Assembly (NCBI GenBank): GCA_018825985.1
Contig: JAHKAP010000077.1
Coordinates: forward strand, 566 to 64,565
Source of the DNA: Candidatus Omnitrophota bacterium
GTDB lineage: Bacteria > Omnitrophota > Gorgyraeia > Gygaellales > Profunditerraquicolaceae
Length of the DNA: 64,000 bases
Direction of reading: 5' to 3'
The notes below the pieces were generated by a model. That model saw only the letters and a program-made list of their open reading frames with translations. It searched no databases and was not told the origin of the DNA. Positions 45,518 to 55,871 of the stretch are shown piece after piece. The position numbers and the translations under genes were made by a program. The first letter of the stretch is position 1. Each line of letters opens with the position of its first letter.

Positions 45518-47434
45518 TTGGATAAATCAATACTTTTAGATTATAATATAAGTATTATGATTTACGACCGCTTTCAGGAAGAAGCTATAAATTATATCAA
45601 CCAGGGGTACTCAGTAATCGTCTCTGCGCCCACTGGCGCCGGCAAAACCGCTATTGCCGAACATATCATCCAGCTGTCCCTTGAGAATAATATCGGGGTT
45701 ATCTATACCGCGCCGATCAAGGCCCTCTCCAACCAGAAATTCCGCGACTTCCAGCACCAGTTTAAAGATGCCGTAGGTATTTTAACCGGCGATGTCTCCC
45801 TTAACCCTGAAGCTCAAGTCCTGATCATGACCACCGAAATATTCAGGAACAAGATCCTGGACGAACCCCAGAGCCTGGATAAATACTCCTGGGTTATATT
45901 TGATGAAATTCACTATATTGATAATCCGGAAAGAGGAACGGTCTGGGAAGAATCCCTGATGTTTTTGCCTGAACATATCAAAATATTAGGCTTATCCGCC
46001 ACCATCCCGAATATCAAACAACTGACTGAATGGCTGCAATCAATTCATAAAAAAACCATAAAAATGGTAGTGGAAGACAAAAGACCTGTCCCCTTGCATT
46101 TTTTCTTTCAATGCCAAAATCAAATCCTGGATAAAATAGATAATTTAAAGAAGATAAAACCATACCGGGCGAATAAACTAAATTTCCTGATTGATTACCT
46201 GCAGGAAAAAGATGGCTTACCCTGTATTTATTTTGTTTTCGGCAGGAGAAGGGCTGAAGACCTGGCCTGGGAATTGGGAGGATATAATTTCCTTAATACC
46301 AGCGAAAGAGACCAGATATTCTCTCTTTACGAGTCTCTATGCGTTCGCTTTGATTTAAAGAATGAAAAAAGCGCCACTGAATTGATACCCCTGATCAAAA
46401 GAGGGATAGCCTTTCATCATGCCGGAATGCTCCCGACTTTAAAAGAAGTCATAGAAAGATTATTCACCAGCCGGCTCTTAAAAGTAATCTTTACCACTGA
46501 GACCTTTGCCTTAGGGATAAACATGCCCAGCCGCTCGGTGATTTTTGACGAACTAAGGAAATTTTACGGAAAATTTGTCCGGCCGCTAAAAACCCGTGAT
46601 TTTTTCCAGATGGCCGGACGGGCAGGCCGCAGGGGGATCGATAAAGAAGGTTTTGTTTATTCCCGGGTCAATTTAATGAGGATAAACCCTCTGGATGTAA
46701 AAAATGTTATCTACAGCCGGAGCGAACAGGTTAAAAGCCAGTTCAATACCTCATATGCCACCATCTTAAACCTGTATGAAAAATACCAGGATAATCTTTA
46801 TAAGATATACCCCAAATCATTGCATTATTTCCAGGCTAAGAAATACCAGCAGCAAGACGCCTTACGTTTAATGGAAGCGAAATTAAATTTGCTTAAAGAT
46901 ACCGGATATATTCAAAACAAGGCCTTAACCCCTAAAGGACAATTCGCTAAAAGCGTATACGGTTATGAATTAATTCTCTCGGAATTCTACTCCCGGAGCT
47001 TTTTTGAGCAGATGGATGAATTTACCCTGGGGATATTGGCGGTAGCCGCTGTTTTTGAGCCGCGGAAAAACCAACACATCCTTTCCTTATCTAAAAACAG
47101 CAAGAATATCAGGAGGATATGCGAAGAGATGCATGAGACCATAAAACAAAGAGAAATCCGTTATAGAGTACGCCCTCTTACAAAACTGCCCTATTTTCAC
47201 CTGGCCCAGGCTATGGAGGCCTGGCTCCGAGGGACTGAATTTTCCAAGATCCTGCAATTTACCGATACTGATGAAGGCGAAGTAGTGCGCTATTTCAGAA
47301 TGAGCGTGCAGATACTAAGGGAGATTCAGGACATCCCCATAGCCTCCCATACCTTAAAGCAGAGAATCAAAGAGGCAGTCCGGGTAATCAACCGCGATAT
47401 CATCGACGCTGAAAAACAACTCCGCGAAGGCTAA
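45518..47434 (+). CDS. Ski2/HelY-like superfamily 2 helicase with DSHCT-like C-terminal domain
   Basis: Motif I APTGAGKT and motif II DEIHYI. A C-terminal region (EGEVVRYFRMSVQILREIQ...INRDIIDAEKQL) resembles the Mtr4/Ski2 DSHCT domain. The likely true start is the ATG at 45557, since the track start is TTG. Confidence 0.7.
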   Translation: MDKSILLDYNISIMIYDRFQEEAINYINQGYSVIVSAPTGAGKTAIAEHIIQLSLENNIGVIYTAPIKALSNQKFRDFQHQFKDAVGILTGDVSLNPEAQVLIMTTEIFRNKILDEPQSLDKYSWVIFDEIHYIDNPERGTVWEESLMFLPEHIKILGLSATIPNIKQLTEWLQSIHKKTIKMVVEDKRPVPLHFFFQCQNQILDKIDNLKKIKPYRANKLNFLIDYLQEKDGLPCIYFVFGRRRAEDLAWELGGYNFLNTSERDQIFSLYESLCVRFDLKNEKSATELIPLIKRGIAFHHAGMLPTLKEVIERLFTSRLLKVIFTTETFALGINMPSRSVIFDELRKFYGKFVRPLKTRDFFQMAGRAGRRGIDKEGFVYSRVNLMRINPLDVKNVIYSRSEQVKSQFNTSYATILNLYEKYQDNLYKIYPKSLHYFQAKKYQQQDALRLMEAKLNLLKDTGYIQNKALTPKGQFAKSVYGYELILSEFYSRSFFEQMDEFTLGILAVAAVFEPRKNQHILSLSKNSKNIRRICEEMHETIKQREIRYRVRPLTKLPYFHLAQAMEAWLRGTEFSKILQFTDTDEGEVVRYFRMSVQILREIQDIPIASHTLKQRIKEAVRVINRDIIDAEKQLREG

Positions 47435-47435
47435 A

Positions 47436-47850
47436 TTAAAACTTTACGGCCTCACCAACACCGATTTTATGTTTATCCGTAAAGCCGGCGTTAACCTCCA
47501 AAACATACTTTGCGTTGACTTGCGGGGTATAACTAGGACATTCATATTGGCTGCAAGGCGGAACGTTCTTACGGATATCAACTATTATTTTATCCTGGTT
47601 TATCCAAATTATATCCAAAGGAAATTTCATATTCTTCATCCATATATTATGCCTGCCCCTATCCTTAAAAATAAAAAGCATGCCTTCTTTTTCACCCAAT
47701 TTCTCACGAAACATCAAGCCCCTGGACCTGTCTTGCGGAGAATCAACTATTTCAATCTGTATACAAACATTACGGATACAGGCCTGACGGATTTGAGCAT
47801 ATAAAGGAGACAGGAAAAAAATTAATAATAAAATCGGGGACAATCCCCGG
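47436..47850 (-). CDS. DUF192 family protein (start uncertain)
   Basis: Core RGLMFREKLGEKEGMLFIF...WMKNMKFPLDIIWI...VPPCSQYECP matches DUF192/COG1430. The ORF-track N-terminal extension reads through the palindromic repeats and is probably not translated. Confidence 0.55.
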
Positions 47851-47942
47851 GAAACGGGGATAGAAAATAGGAAAAAAAACCTTGGGGACAGTCCCCTTAA
47901 GAACCTTCGTAGATAGCTTTGTACGGAGACAGTCCCTATGTT
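47837..47942. repeat. GGGGACAGTCCCC-family palindromic repeat elements (second locus, 3 copies)
   Basis: ggggacaatcccc at 47837-47849, ggggacagtcccc at 47884-47896 and ggagacagtccc at 47925-47936. The block is homologous to the 39487-39542 segment. Confidence 0.55.
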
Positions 47943-48903
47943 AGGGCAGAATGCCATTTTCTTTATATTTTAAATAGTCTTCTAAGATATTTTTGTGGTC
48001 AAAAGCAAAATCCAAACCCTTTATCTCATCCAGTTTAATTACTTTCAAACCGGCTGCGTCGTCTCCAGCCTTAGGCGTTCCAATACCCCTTGCCAGGAAA
48101 ACCGTACCAATAGTATGAAAACGGGGGTCGCGATCAGGATTAGAATAAGTATGGAATTGCCTGAGATCCTGTAATTCCAGATCGGTCTCTTCTTTCATCT
48201 CCCTCTTAACCGCATCTTCCAGACATTCGCCATAATCTACGAATCCTCCGGGCAAAGCCCAGCCAAAAGGAGGATTACTTCTTTGAATAATCACAATACC
48301 TGTTTGAACGCCTGATACCGGGACTTCGATAATAGCGTCTACAGTAGTAAAAGGCCCGCTTTGTAACTTATGTATGATATATTCTAAATAACTAATAACA
48401 TTCTTATTAAATGCATCCAAAGCTTCCCGGTCATACAAACAGAATATTATCTCCTGAATAGAAGTTTTGTTTTCTTTTAAATGCCTAAATGCCTCTTGGG
48501 CCATAATCTTAGCCGCGGCTACTAAAGAAAATCCTCCTACTCCGCAGCCTAAGGCTGGGAATGCAATAGAATTTACCTTTAATTCATCCGCAACCAGTAA
48601 TGCAGCACGACAGGAATTTCGGATTTTAACTTCATCAGTCTTGAAATCCATTCCCATAGTTGCGGCATGGATAACATATTTAGCCGGCAAATTTCCCGCT
48701 GCGGTTGCAACCGCCTCCCCGATCTTAATAGGCCCTAATTTAGCCGCTTCATCCTCGATATCTTTTCCGCCTTTTCTTCTTATTACTCCGGCAACTCCTC
48801 CGCCCATAACCAATTTATTATTAGCGGCATTGACTATAGCGTCCACCTTCAATTCCGTTATATCGCCTTGAATAATTTTTATCTCAGTGTTTTTTATTTT
48901 CAT
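47941..48903 (-). CDS. MacroD-type macro domain fused to NUDIX hydrolase
   Basis: An N-terminal macro domain (IKIIQGDITELKVDAIVNAANNKLVMGGGVAGVI) and a C-terminal Nudix box GGFVDYGECLEDAVKREMKEETDLE. 320 aa. Confidence 0.75.
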   Translation of the reverse strand: MKIKNTEIKIIQGDITELKVDAIVNAANNKLVMGGGVAGVIRRKGGKDIEDEAAKLGPIKIGEAVATAAGNLPAKYVIHAATMGMDFKTDEVKIRNSCRAALLVADELKVNSIAFPALGCGVGGFSLVAAAKIMAQEAFRHLKENKTSIQEIIFCLYDREALDAFNKNVISYLEYIIHKLQSGPFTTVDAIIEVPVSGVQTGIVIIQRSNPPFGWALPGGFVDYGECLEDAVKREMKEETDLELQDLRQFHTYSNPDRDPRFHTIGTVFLARGIGTPKAGDDAAGLKVIKLDEIKGLDFAFDHKNILEDYLKYKENGILP

Positions 48904-49319
48904 TATTCACCGATAATTTTAACCAACACGCGCTTTTTGCGCTGGCCGTCAAACTCTGCGTAAAATATCTGTTCCCAGGGCCCGAAGTCAAGCCTACCTT
49001 TGGTTATAGCCGCTACCACTTCCCTACCCATGATCGTTCTTTTCAAGTGGGCGTCGGCATTGTCTTCTCCGGTTAGATTATGCTTATATTTATCCTTGCC
49101 AAAAGGAGCCAGTTTTTCCAACCACTCCCCAAAATCCTTATGCAGACCACCTTCATCATCATTAATAAAAACGCTGGAGGTAATATGCATGGCGTTGACC
49201 AAACACAAGCCTTCCTTTATCCCGCTTTTTTCCAATTGATTCTCAACAAGAGGCGTAATATTAATAAACTCCTGGCGATTTTTGGTATTGAACCAAAGGT
49301 AACCTGTATGTGTTTTCAT
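48903..49319 (-). CDS. YjbQ/UPF0047 family protein
   Basis: A 138-aa protein ending ...[18 protein letters not shown]. Confidence 0.65.
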   Translation of the reverse strand: MKTHTGYLWFNTKNRQEFINITPLVENQLEKSGIKEGLCLVNAMHITSSVFINDDEGGLHKDFGEWLEKLAPFGKDKYKHNLTGEDNADAHLKRTIMGREVVAAITKGRLDFGPWEQIFYAEFDGQRKKRVLVKIIGE

Positions 49320-50074
49320 TCCAGCCGCTCCAATATTAACCGGTTGTTCACTTGATCGATCTTAAAATTAAAATTTTTTAAAAACGACATCCCCAGCAAA
49401 CCGTCCTTAAAATTTATCCCGCTGACATCATCAAGTAAAACCGCGGCATCCACTTTCTTAGCCTCAACCCCCTGGACCTTTAAACTCTCTAATAGCACAT
49501 ATTGGGCATTGACCTGCCTGCCGTCAGCCACCTGCATTTTAACAATGCTTTTTTTCTTATCCTTATCTACACCCAGCCTTCTGCCTATTTCATTTGATAA
49601 TAAAACAAATGAAGCTCCCGTATCTAATAACATTTCCGCGGAAACTTCATCATTTATCCTAGTCTGCACAAAGATATGACCGCTCTGCCGGGACACCTTT
49701 ACTTCCTTAGGCTTCAAACTCTCCGCTTTAGCCTTGGCCGCTTCTATCCGGGATTCCTCTTCCTGTTTTCTGATCCTGCCTATCCGTTGTTTTTCCCATT
49801 TCTGGCGCAAAAGCGCTGATTCTATCTGATTTGACCGGTATATTTTATCTATATCGCTTTTTCTAAAGCCTACTATACCTAATCCGATATCCAGGCTGAC
49901 ACTGTCCTCGTCTTCACTCTTAATAAAACCCTCGATACTGCGTCCGTTTTTAAGATATACGGTATCTGCCCAGGAATCCTTAATAACAAATAAAAAGATA
50001 AACGTTCCTAAAATTAATTTAAACCTCATTGATTTAGCGCTGATAGATCCCATTATAGCCCGCATCAGTCTCAT
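49316..50074 (-). CDS. retropepsin-like (clan AA) aspartic protease, secreted
   Basis: Signal peptide and [13 protein letters not shown] active-site motif. 252 aa. Confidence 0.7.
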   Translation of the reverse strand: MRLMRAIMGSISAKSMRFKLILGTFIFLFVIKDSWADTVYLKNGRSIEGFIKSEDEDSVSLDIGLGIVGFRKSDIDKIYRSNQIESALLRQKWEKQRIGRIRKQEEESRIEAAKAKAESLKPKEVKVSRQSGHIFVQTRINDEVSAEMLLDTGASFVLLSNEIGRRLGVDKDKKKSIVKMQVADGRQVNAQYVLLESLKVQGVEAKKVDAAVLLDDVSGINFKDGLLGMSFLKNFNFKIDQVNNRLILERLE

Positions 50075-50543
50075 TCATCCTCAAAAAAACCAGTTGGATG
50101 ATCCGAGAGTTTTGTTTGATCTTAATACCGTTAAAATTCTCAACCACTAAAACAAATTCACTTTCACCCCGAAAACCGGCATCCCAAATCCCGGTCTGGG
50201 TAAAAGCCCCCAACCTTAAAAGTGAACTCCGGGGAAAAGCAATCCCTACCAGATCCAAAGGCAAGTTAACAACCTCATTGGTCCTTATCTTATATATCCC
50301 TTTTTTAAGCAGCCACCAACCAAATTTATCTTCTGGGTTTTCTTTTCCCGGTACCAATTCAATGCACTCAGAAAGCCTCCTGTCTTTATTCGAGAAATCA
50401 AGAATGCCGCAATCCTTAAATTCAAATATCTTCTTCACAGTCAGATCTATGCCATTTGGGGTGAGTTGAACAGAAAGGTCAATATATTCCGAAATCAGGC
50501 TCTTTTCTTCGATAAATTTCTCTATCTCTTGCCGGTTAAGCAT
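50034..50543 (-). CDS. dcd: dCTP deaminase/dUTPase superfamily protein
   Basis: A 169-aa protein with a jelly-roll dUTPase-like pattern (GIWDAGFRGESEFVLVVENFNG...IIQLVF). Confidence 0.6.
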   Translation of the reverse strand: MLNRQEIEKFIEEKSLISEYIDLSVQLTPNGIDLTVKKIFEFKDCGILDFSNKDRRLSECIELVPGKENPEDKFGWWLLKKGIYKIRTNEVVNLPLDLVGIAFPRSSLLRLGAFTQTGIWDAGFRGESEFVLVVENFNGIKIKQNSRIIQLVFLRMNETDAGYNGIYQR

Positions 50544-50928
50544 CTTTGCCTTTCAACCTTATCCGGATCTCATCCGGCATAACCTTAGGTTTAAAATTAC
50601 TCCCGATATAGACTAAAGTAGTCGCAGCCGAAACGCAAATTTCACCTTTTTGGTTTTTTATTATGTGTTCAAATTTAATCCGGACCGCGGATATTTCACT
50701 TATCTCACTCTCCACTTCTAAAACATCACCGTAAAAAGCCGGGGCCTTATAATCCACAACCTGACGGCTGACCACGAAAAATTCACTCCTGGCCATCTGC
50801 TCTTTTAAAAAAACTCCCCGTTCAGCCATAAATTCAGTGCGGGCCTCTTCCATAAACTTCAGGTAATTGGCGTAATAAACCGGCCCTTCGGAATCAGTAT
50901 GGTGATAATAGATCTTTTCTTTTATCAT
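50536..50928 (-). CDS. acyl-CoA thioesterase, hotdog fold (YbgC/4HBT family)
   Basis: N-terminus YYHHTDSEGPVYYANYLKFMEEARTEF. 130 aa. Confidence 0.7.
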   Translation of the reverse strand: MIKEKIYYHHTDSEGPVYYANYLKFMEEARTEFMAERGVFLKEQMARSEFFVVSRQVVDYKAPAFYGDVLEVESEISEISAVRIKFEHIIKNQKGEICVSAATTLVYIGSNFKPKVMPDEIRIRLKGKDA

Positions 50929-51006
50929 GGAGAACCTTTAAAATTACCTATTTAGCGACATCCCCCGTAGCTCTACCGTCATCCTAAGCAAAAAAACGTA
51001 GGAGGA

Positions 51007-51381
51007 TCAAAGTTTCCTAATAAATTTCTTGAGATATTTTAAACTAACATAAAATATAATTATTCCCGCGCAATCGATTAAAACATCCTCCAGGCTCGGG
51101 CCGCGGGTTGGAACGAAATACTGATGGATCTCATCGGAAACAGCGTAGAGAATAGAAAGCGCCCCCGGCCAGAAAAATAAATTCAGCCTACTGGGGATAA
51201 ACGTCCCTTTAAATGCCCGATATAAAAGTAAGGTCAGGATGAAATATTCGGTTATATGGGATATTTTTCTTAAAACAAAATCCCATAATCCCCAGGGAGT
51301 TTCCAGTGATGAGATGCCGGAAATGTAAAAGATCAACCAACACCAGAATAAAACCGGAAACCAGAGTTTTAATAATTTCAT
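51007..51381 (-). CDS. VanZ-like membrane protein
   Basis: A 4-TM protein with a DEIHQYFVPTRGPSLEDVLIDCAG motif. Confidence 0.6.
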   Translation of the reverse strand: MKLLKLWFPVLFWCWLIFYISGISSLETPWGLWDFVLRKISHITEYFILTLLLYRAFKGTFIPSRLNLFFWPGALSILYAVSDEIHQYFVPTRGPSLEDVLIDCAGIIIFYVSLKYLKKFIRKL

Positions 51382-51383
51382 TA

Positions 51384-51803
51384 TTATTCGCCTATAAGCT
51401 GGATTATTATTTTGCGCTTTCTCGGCCGGTTGTCAAATTCCGCTAAAACTACCTGCTGCCAGGTGCCTAACAAAAGTTTTCCGTCTTCGAAAGGTATGAC
51501 TAAAGATGGGCCCTGGATACTCGCTCTCACGTGGCTAAAACCATTGGCATCGCCCCAGGTCTCATCATGCTTATAAGTCTTATCTGAAGGAATAATCTTC
51601 TCATAAAATTCCCGGATATCCTGGATTAAACCAGGTTCATACTCAAAAGTAGTTACGCCGGCTGTTGAACCAACCACAAATACGGTTAAATTGCCTTTTT
51701 TAAATCCGGATGATTCCAGTATTTCTTCGATCTCAACGCTAATATTGATCAAATCCGGATTACCCTTAGTATCTTTTTGGATAGCCTTAGAGATTATTTT
51801 CAA
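51384..51803 (-). CDS. YjbQ/UPF0047 family protein (second paralog)
   Basis: A 139-aa protein ending ...AEFDNRPRKRKIIIQLIGE. It is a paralog of the 48903-49319 gene. Confidence 0.65.
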   Translation of the reverse strand: MKIISKAIQKDTKGNPDLINISVEIEEILESSGFKKGNLTVFVVGSTAGVTTFEYEPGLIQDIREFYEKIIPSDKTYKHDETWGDANGFSHVRASIQGPSLVIPFEDGKLLLGTWQQVVLAEFDNRPRKRKIIIQLIGE

Positions 51804-52447
51804 CGGCTTCTTTCCACCTTTATCCTTTTACAAAACTTCAATACCGCGCACCTGCTGCACCATGGGCTAACGGGCAGACAGATATTCTGCCCGAAAGTCA
51901 CCATTATGGTATTCAACTTTATCCAGTATAACTTAGGAAAAATTTTTTTCAAGGATTCTTCGCTCTGTTGCGGAATCCTGGTTTTAATCCAGCCTAAACG
52001 GTTAGAGATACGATGGACATGGGTATCCACGCAGATACTGGGTATCTTAAAGCCCAAACCTAAAACCAAGTTAGCGGTTTTTCTGCCCACCCCCTTAAAC
52101 TTCAACAATTCATCTATAGCGCCCGGAACCTTACTTTTATACTCCTGGACTATTTTTTTGCTTATATTTAAGATTATCCTGGCTTTAGTATGATAAAATC
52201 CTGCCGGGTAGATTAACTTTTCTATTACGGATACCGGAAGCTTAGATATTTTCTTAGGAGTGCTGGCTTTCTGAAATAGTTTTCTGCTGGCTTCAATAGT
52301 AGTTTTATCTTTGGTGCGCAGGCTTAAAATACAAGAAATTAAAACCAGGAAGGGATCTTTTCTAAAGGATACAACCGTAACCGACGGAACCTGAAACTTT
52401 TTAATCTGTTTTTTAATTAACTTAAATTGCCTTAAAGCGCTTATCAC
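51800..52447 (-). CDS. nth: endonuclease III (HhH-GPD with 4Fe-4S)
   Basis: HhH GVGRKTANLVL, catalytic VDTHV and C-terminal Cys cluster CLPVSPWCSRCAVLKFC. Confidence 0.8.
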   Translation of the reverse strand: MISALRQFKLIKKQIKKFQVPSVTVVSFRKDPFLVLISCILSLRTKDKTTIEASRKLFQKASTPKKISKLPVSVIEKLIYPAGFYHTKARIILNISKKIVQEYKSKVPGAIDELLKFKGVGRKTANLVLGLGFKIPSICVDTHVHRISNRLGWIKTRIPQQSEESLKKIFPKLYWIKLNTIMVTFGQNICLPVSPWCSRCAVLKFCKRIKVERSR

Positions 52448-53898
52448 GAATTCTTCTTTATGATTGCTGCGGCTGCTTTTAAACCGTTGCTTTTGCTCAT
52501 AATCTTGCCGATGCCCTGGAGTTCGTCCAGCTCAGCCAATACCTTGCCAATTAAAGGAGATGGTTTTAATTTGAATTTTTTTATCAGGTCGTCACCGTTA
52601 ACCAAGCGCGGAATTTCTTTAGTTTCTAAGTCCTTAAAATACTCCCGGACCAGCTTTTTGATCATTTTTTCATGGCGGAGCCGGGAATCTTCGGTAGCGA
52701 AAACTCCTTTGGTTGCCCTCTGGTCAGCCAGGGAAAGTAAAAGCACGCTTAGAGATTCGCTTCCGGTATCCCGGAAAAACCTGAACTTTGCCCGGGGGCT
52801 GACTAAATCGTTATTTGCCAAATAACCCGGCCTTAAATGGCAAAAGGTGATCTGCCTTAACATGCGGGTCTCTTCATTAGAGAGTTTAAGCCGAACACCT
52901 ATATCCTTTATCATTCTTGAGCCTACGGCCTCATGCCCGTAAAAAGTAAATTTACCCTTTTCTTTACGTAAAGTCAACGGCTTACCTATATCATGCAAAA
53001 GCGCGGCCAGTTTAAGCAATTCATAGCGCTTTCTGCCTGATGATATCTCCTGGAACAGATAATCCCGGATCTTGATATTCTTAAAACCGGATTTAATGAT
53101 CAACTCCAGCTGCCTTAAAGTCTCCAGGGTATGCCCCCAAACATCTAAATGATGATAGCGCCCCTGGTTTAATTTATGCAACGGCTTTATTTCTTTAAAT
53201 ATAAGGGGCAATATTTTATATTGATCCAATTCGCCGATAAATTCCCCGGCTCGTCCGGAGGATAAAATCTTAAAAAATTCATCCCGTATCCTTTCAAAGG
53301 ATGTAACGGATAACTTGGTTTTTTTTGACTCCAATAGTTTTAAAGTTTTCGATTCTATGCCAAAGTTAAATAAACTCGCCAGGCTGAAAGCACGCAAGAT
53401 CCTCAATGGGTCTTCATCAAAGGCCTTAGGATTGATCACCCTGATTAATTTTGATTTTAAATCCTTCCTAGCGCCATAAAGGTCAACTACCAAATTATCC
53501 AAACCCGGGCTACAAAATACTTCCTCTAACCCCAAGGCTAAACTATTAATGGTAAAATCACGATCCAGCAGATCATCCTGCAGGGTCTTACCGCGGAAGT
53601 CGCTAAAATCCAGGGTATAGTTAAGGTCATTGATCTTTTTTACCAGGCGGGCGCAACCATGCTCCTGATCCAGGATCACAAAACCAGCTCTTAATTCGCG
53701 GGAGAGTTGCCGGCTAAAATTTATCGCTCCTTTTTTAAGGCAAAAATCCAGATCCGGATTTTCTTTCTCCCTGCCTAGGAAAATATCCCGCAAGGCCCCA
53801 CCTACAATATAAAGCTTAATTCTTTTTACTCGGGCAAAATCAAGGACCGCCTTTAAAATGGGCCTATGTTTATCCTTCCATTCAAGGTAATAATCCAT
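52444..53898 (-). CDS. cca: CCA-adding tRNA nucleotidyltransferase with HD domain
   Basis: The polymerase-beta head LYIVGGALRD..LGRE..DLDF and a C-terminal HD motif LAALLHDIGKP. 484 aa. Confidence 0.8.
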   Translation of the reverse strand: MDYYLEWKDKHRPILKAVLDFARVKRIKLYIVGGALRDIFLGREKENPDLDFCLKKGAINFSRQLSRELRAGFVILDQEHGCARLVKKINDLNYTLDFSDFRGKTLQDDLLDRDFTINSLALGLEEVFCSPGLDNLVVDLYGARKDLKSKLIRVINPKAFDEDPLRILRAFSLASLFNFGIESKTLKLLESKKTKLSVTSFERIRDEFFKILSSGRAGEFIGELDQYKILPLIFKEIKPLHKLNQGRYHHLDVWGHTLETLRQLELIIKSGFKNIKIRDYLFQEISSGRKRYELLKLAALLHDIGKPLTLRKEKGKFTFYGHEAVGSRMIKDIGVRLKLSNEETRMLRQITFCHLRPGYLANNDLVSPRAKFRFFRDTGSESLSVLLLSLADQRATKGVFATEDSRLRHEKMIKKLVREYFKDLETKEIPRLVNGDDLIKKFKLKPSPLIGKVLAELDELQGIGKIMSKSNGLKAAAAIIKKNS

Positions 53899-53900
53899 AT

Positions 53901-54374
53901 CTAAATTTTGAAAATTAAAGCTTTTAAAGAATCCAGGTCAACGATTGCGACTGTGGCCTTACCGTAAAGCCATCCGCTGGCTTCTCCGGGATTAACCATT
54001 AGTTTGGCTGGTTTTTTTATGACCTCAAAACAATGGGTATGCCCATAGACGATCAGGTCTGCCTTCTCCTTATCCGGATCGATCGTATTTAAAGAATGGA
54101 CCAGGGTAATTCTTTTTTTATTCAATTTTATCCTTAAGGGGCCCTGACGGATCCTTCCTTTTGACATCTTTGCCAAGCCAACTTTCTCTCCGTCATTATT
54201 TCCGAATACCCCAATCCATTTGCATTTCAATTTTATTAATTTGATTATCGTAAAGGGAGCGACAAAATCTCCGGCATGCAGGACGAAATCCACTTTTTTA
54301 CGGTTAAAAAACTTAACCGCCTTTTCTATGTTTGGCAGGTTATCGTGGGTATCGGAAAATAAGCCTATCTTCAC
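53901..54374 (-). CDS. YfcE/MJ0936-type metallophosphoesterase
   Basis: MKIGLFSDTHDN...LHAGDF...GHTH motifs, 157 aa. Confidence 0.75.
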   Translation of the reverse strand: MKIGLFSDTHDNLPNIEKAVKFFNRKKVDFVLHAGDFVAPFTIIKLIKLKCKWIGVFGNNDGEKVGLAKMSKGRIRQGPLRIKLNKKRITLVHSLNTIDPDKEKADLIVYGHTHCFEVIKKPAKLMVNPGEASGWLYGKATVAIVDLDSLKALIFKI

Positions 54375-54379
54375 TGGGT

Positions 54380-54808
54380 TTACTTATCCTTCTGATCCAT
54401 ATCCGGATTATCCAAAGTCTCCAATTTATTCATAATAGAATCTTCTACTATTATCGGAACATGGGCCCTGACTGCCAAGGCTATACTATCTGAGGGGCGG
54501 GCGTCAATGACTATAATACCGCCATCCTTGGTCTTTATGGCAAGTTTGGCATGAAAGGTATTTTCTTCAAGTTTATCAATAATAACTTTATCTATGCTAG
54601 CTTCCAAGTCCCTGATTATAGAGAATAAAAGGTCATGAGTCAAAGGACGTGGAGGATTAAAACCACTGATCTTAAGTTTGATGGCTGAGGCCTCATTTAA
54701 ACCGATGACGATCGGCAAAAGCCGGTTTCCGCCTTTTTCCTTTAATACTATCAATTGATCATGCCTTTTTTCATCAATGATTATTTTATTTAATTCCATT
54801 TCAACCAT
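54380..54808 (-). CDS. DUF151 bifunctional nuclease family protein
   Basis: ...ARPSDSIALAVRAHVPI... and GFNPPRPLTHDL match the BFN domain. 142 aa. Confidence 0.55.
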   Translation of the reverse strand: MVEMELNKIIIDEKRHDQLIVLKEKGGNRLLPIVIGLNEASAIKLKISGFNPPRPLTHDLLFSIIRDLEASIDKVIIDKLEENTFHAKLAIKTKDGGIIVIDARPSDSIALAVRAHVPIIVEDSIMNKLETLDNPDMDQKDK

Positions 54809-54830
54809 AGATAAGGCTCCTTATTATAAT

Positions 54831-55301
54831 TTAAGGCTGTTTCACCTTTTCCTTGCCTAAAATATCCTTTAACTCAACCATAAACTGACTGACATCCTTG
54901 AATTGGCGGTAAACTGAGGCAAACCTTACATAGGCGACATCATCTAAGCCTTTTAGCTTCTCCATAATCAATTCCCCGATCCGCGAAGAAGGAACTTCCC
55001 GAACCGGTTTCTTCTGGATGGAGCGCTCCACAAGAGTAACCACCTCTTCCATCTTTTCTATACTGATCGGCCTTTTTTCACAGGCTTTAATGATCCCGCT
55101 TAAGATTTTCTTGCGGTCAAATGCCTGCCTGCGGCCGTCTCTTTTAATGACCATTAAAGGAGCGTTTTCGATATATTCATAGGTAGTGAAACGCTTGCGG
55201 CATTTTATACACTCCCGCCTGCGCCGGATCGCTAATTCGCTTTGCACTGCCCGGGAATCCACCACCTTATCTTCCTTATAACCGCAAAAAGGGCATTTCA
55301 T
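54831..55301 (-). CDS. nrdR: transcriptional repressor NrdR (start at MKCPFCG)
   Basis: An N-terminal Zn ribbon CPFCG...CIKC plus an ATP-cone. The ORF-track start 12 codons upstream is probably not used. Confidence 0.85.
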   Translation of the reverse strand: MKCPFCGYKEDKVVDSRAVQSELAIRRRRECIKCRKRFTTYEYIENAPLMVIKRDGRRQAFDRKKILSGIIKACEKRPISIEKMEEVVTLVERSIQKKPVREVPSSRIGELIMEKLKGLDDVAYVRFASVYRQFKDVSQFMVELKDILGKEKVKQP

Positions 55302-55375
55302 AGTCGCTCCTATATTCTTCCTTTTCCCGCCTGGCAATTTAACTATCGGACGGGATCCCGCCTATGAATTAAATA

Positions 55376-55861
55376 CTATGGGCGGGAAGGCTTAAAATTC
55401 CTTATCTTGATTCCGGCCTCTTTTAAAAAATCTTTGGCCATTTTATCCGGATAACCGTCACTGATAACGATCTCTTTTATCCCGGCGTTGATGAGCATCT
55501 TGGCACAGATAACGCAAGGCTGATTAGTAACATATATTACGCTTTCTTTAACACTGATCCCGTAAAGCGATGCCTGTATAATCGCGTTCTGCTCAGCATG
55601 CAGGCCCCGGCAGAGTTCATGACGCTCGCCTGAAGGAATCTTCATCTTTTCGCGTAAACATCCTATCTCCAGACAATGACCCAGGCCGCTGGGAGCGCCG
55701 TTGTAACCTGTTGCCAACATCCGTTTATTCTTCACTATCACCGCGCCCACATTCCGGCGCATACAGGTGCTGCGCTGAGAGACTAGCCTAGCGATCTGAA
55801 TAAAATATTCATCCCAACTGATCCTTTTCTTCTGAGCCTTTTTTTTGGTTTTATTTATCAT
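55376..55861 (-). CDS. dCMP deaminase (ComEB-like)
   Basis: HAEQNAI and PCVICAKM zinc motifs. 161 aa. Confidence 0.8.
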   Translation of the reverse strand: MINKTKKKAQKKRISWDEYFIQIARLVSQRSTCMRRNVGAVIVKNKRMLATGYNGAPSGLGHCLEIGCLREKMKIPSGERHELCRGLHAEQNAIIQASLYGISVKESVIYVTNQPCVICAKMLINAGIKEIVISDGYPDKMAKDFLKEAGIKIRNFKPSRP

Positions 55862-55871
55862 AGATTCCTTG

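Noticed and set aside
47851-47957. N-terminal extension of the DUF192 ORF (MAFCPNIGTVSVQSYLRRFLRGLSPRFFFLFSIPVSRGLSP...)
   Set aside because: The extension reads through the GGGGACAGTCCCC palindromic repeats (the GLSP codons) and overlaps the upstream gene. The conserved DUF192 core starts later.
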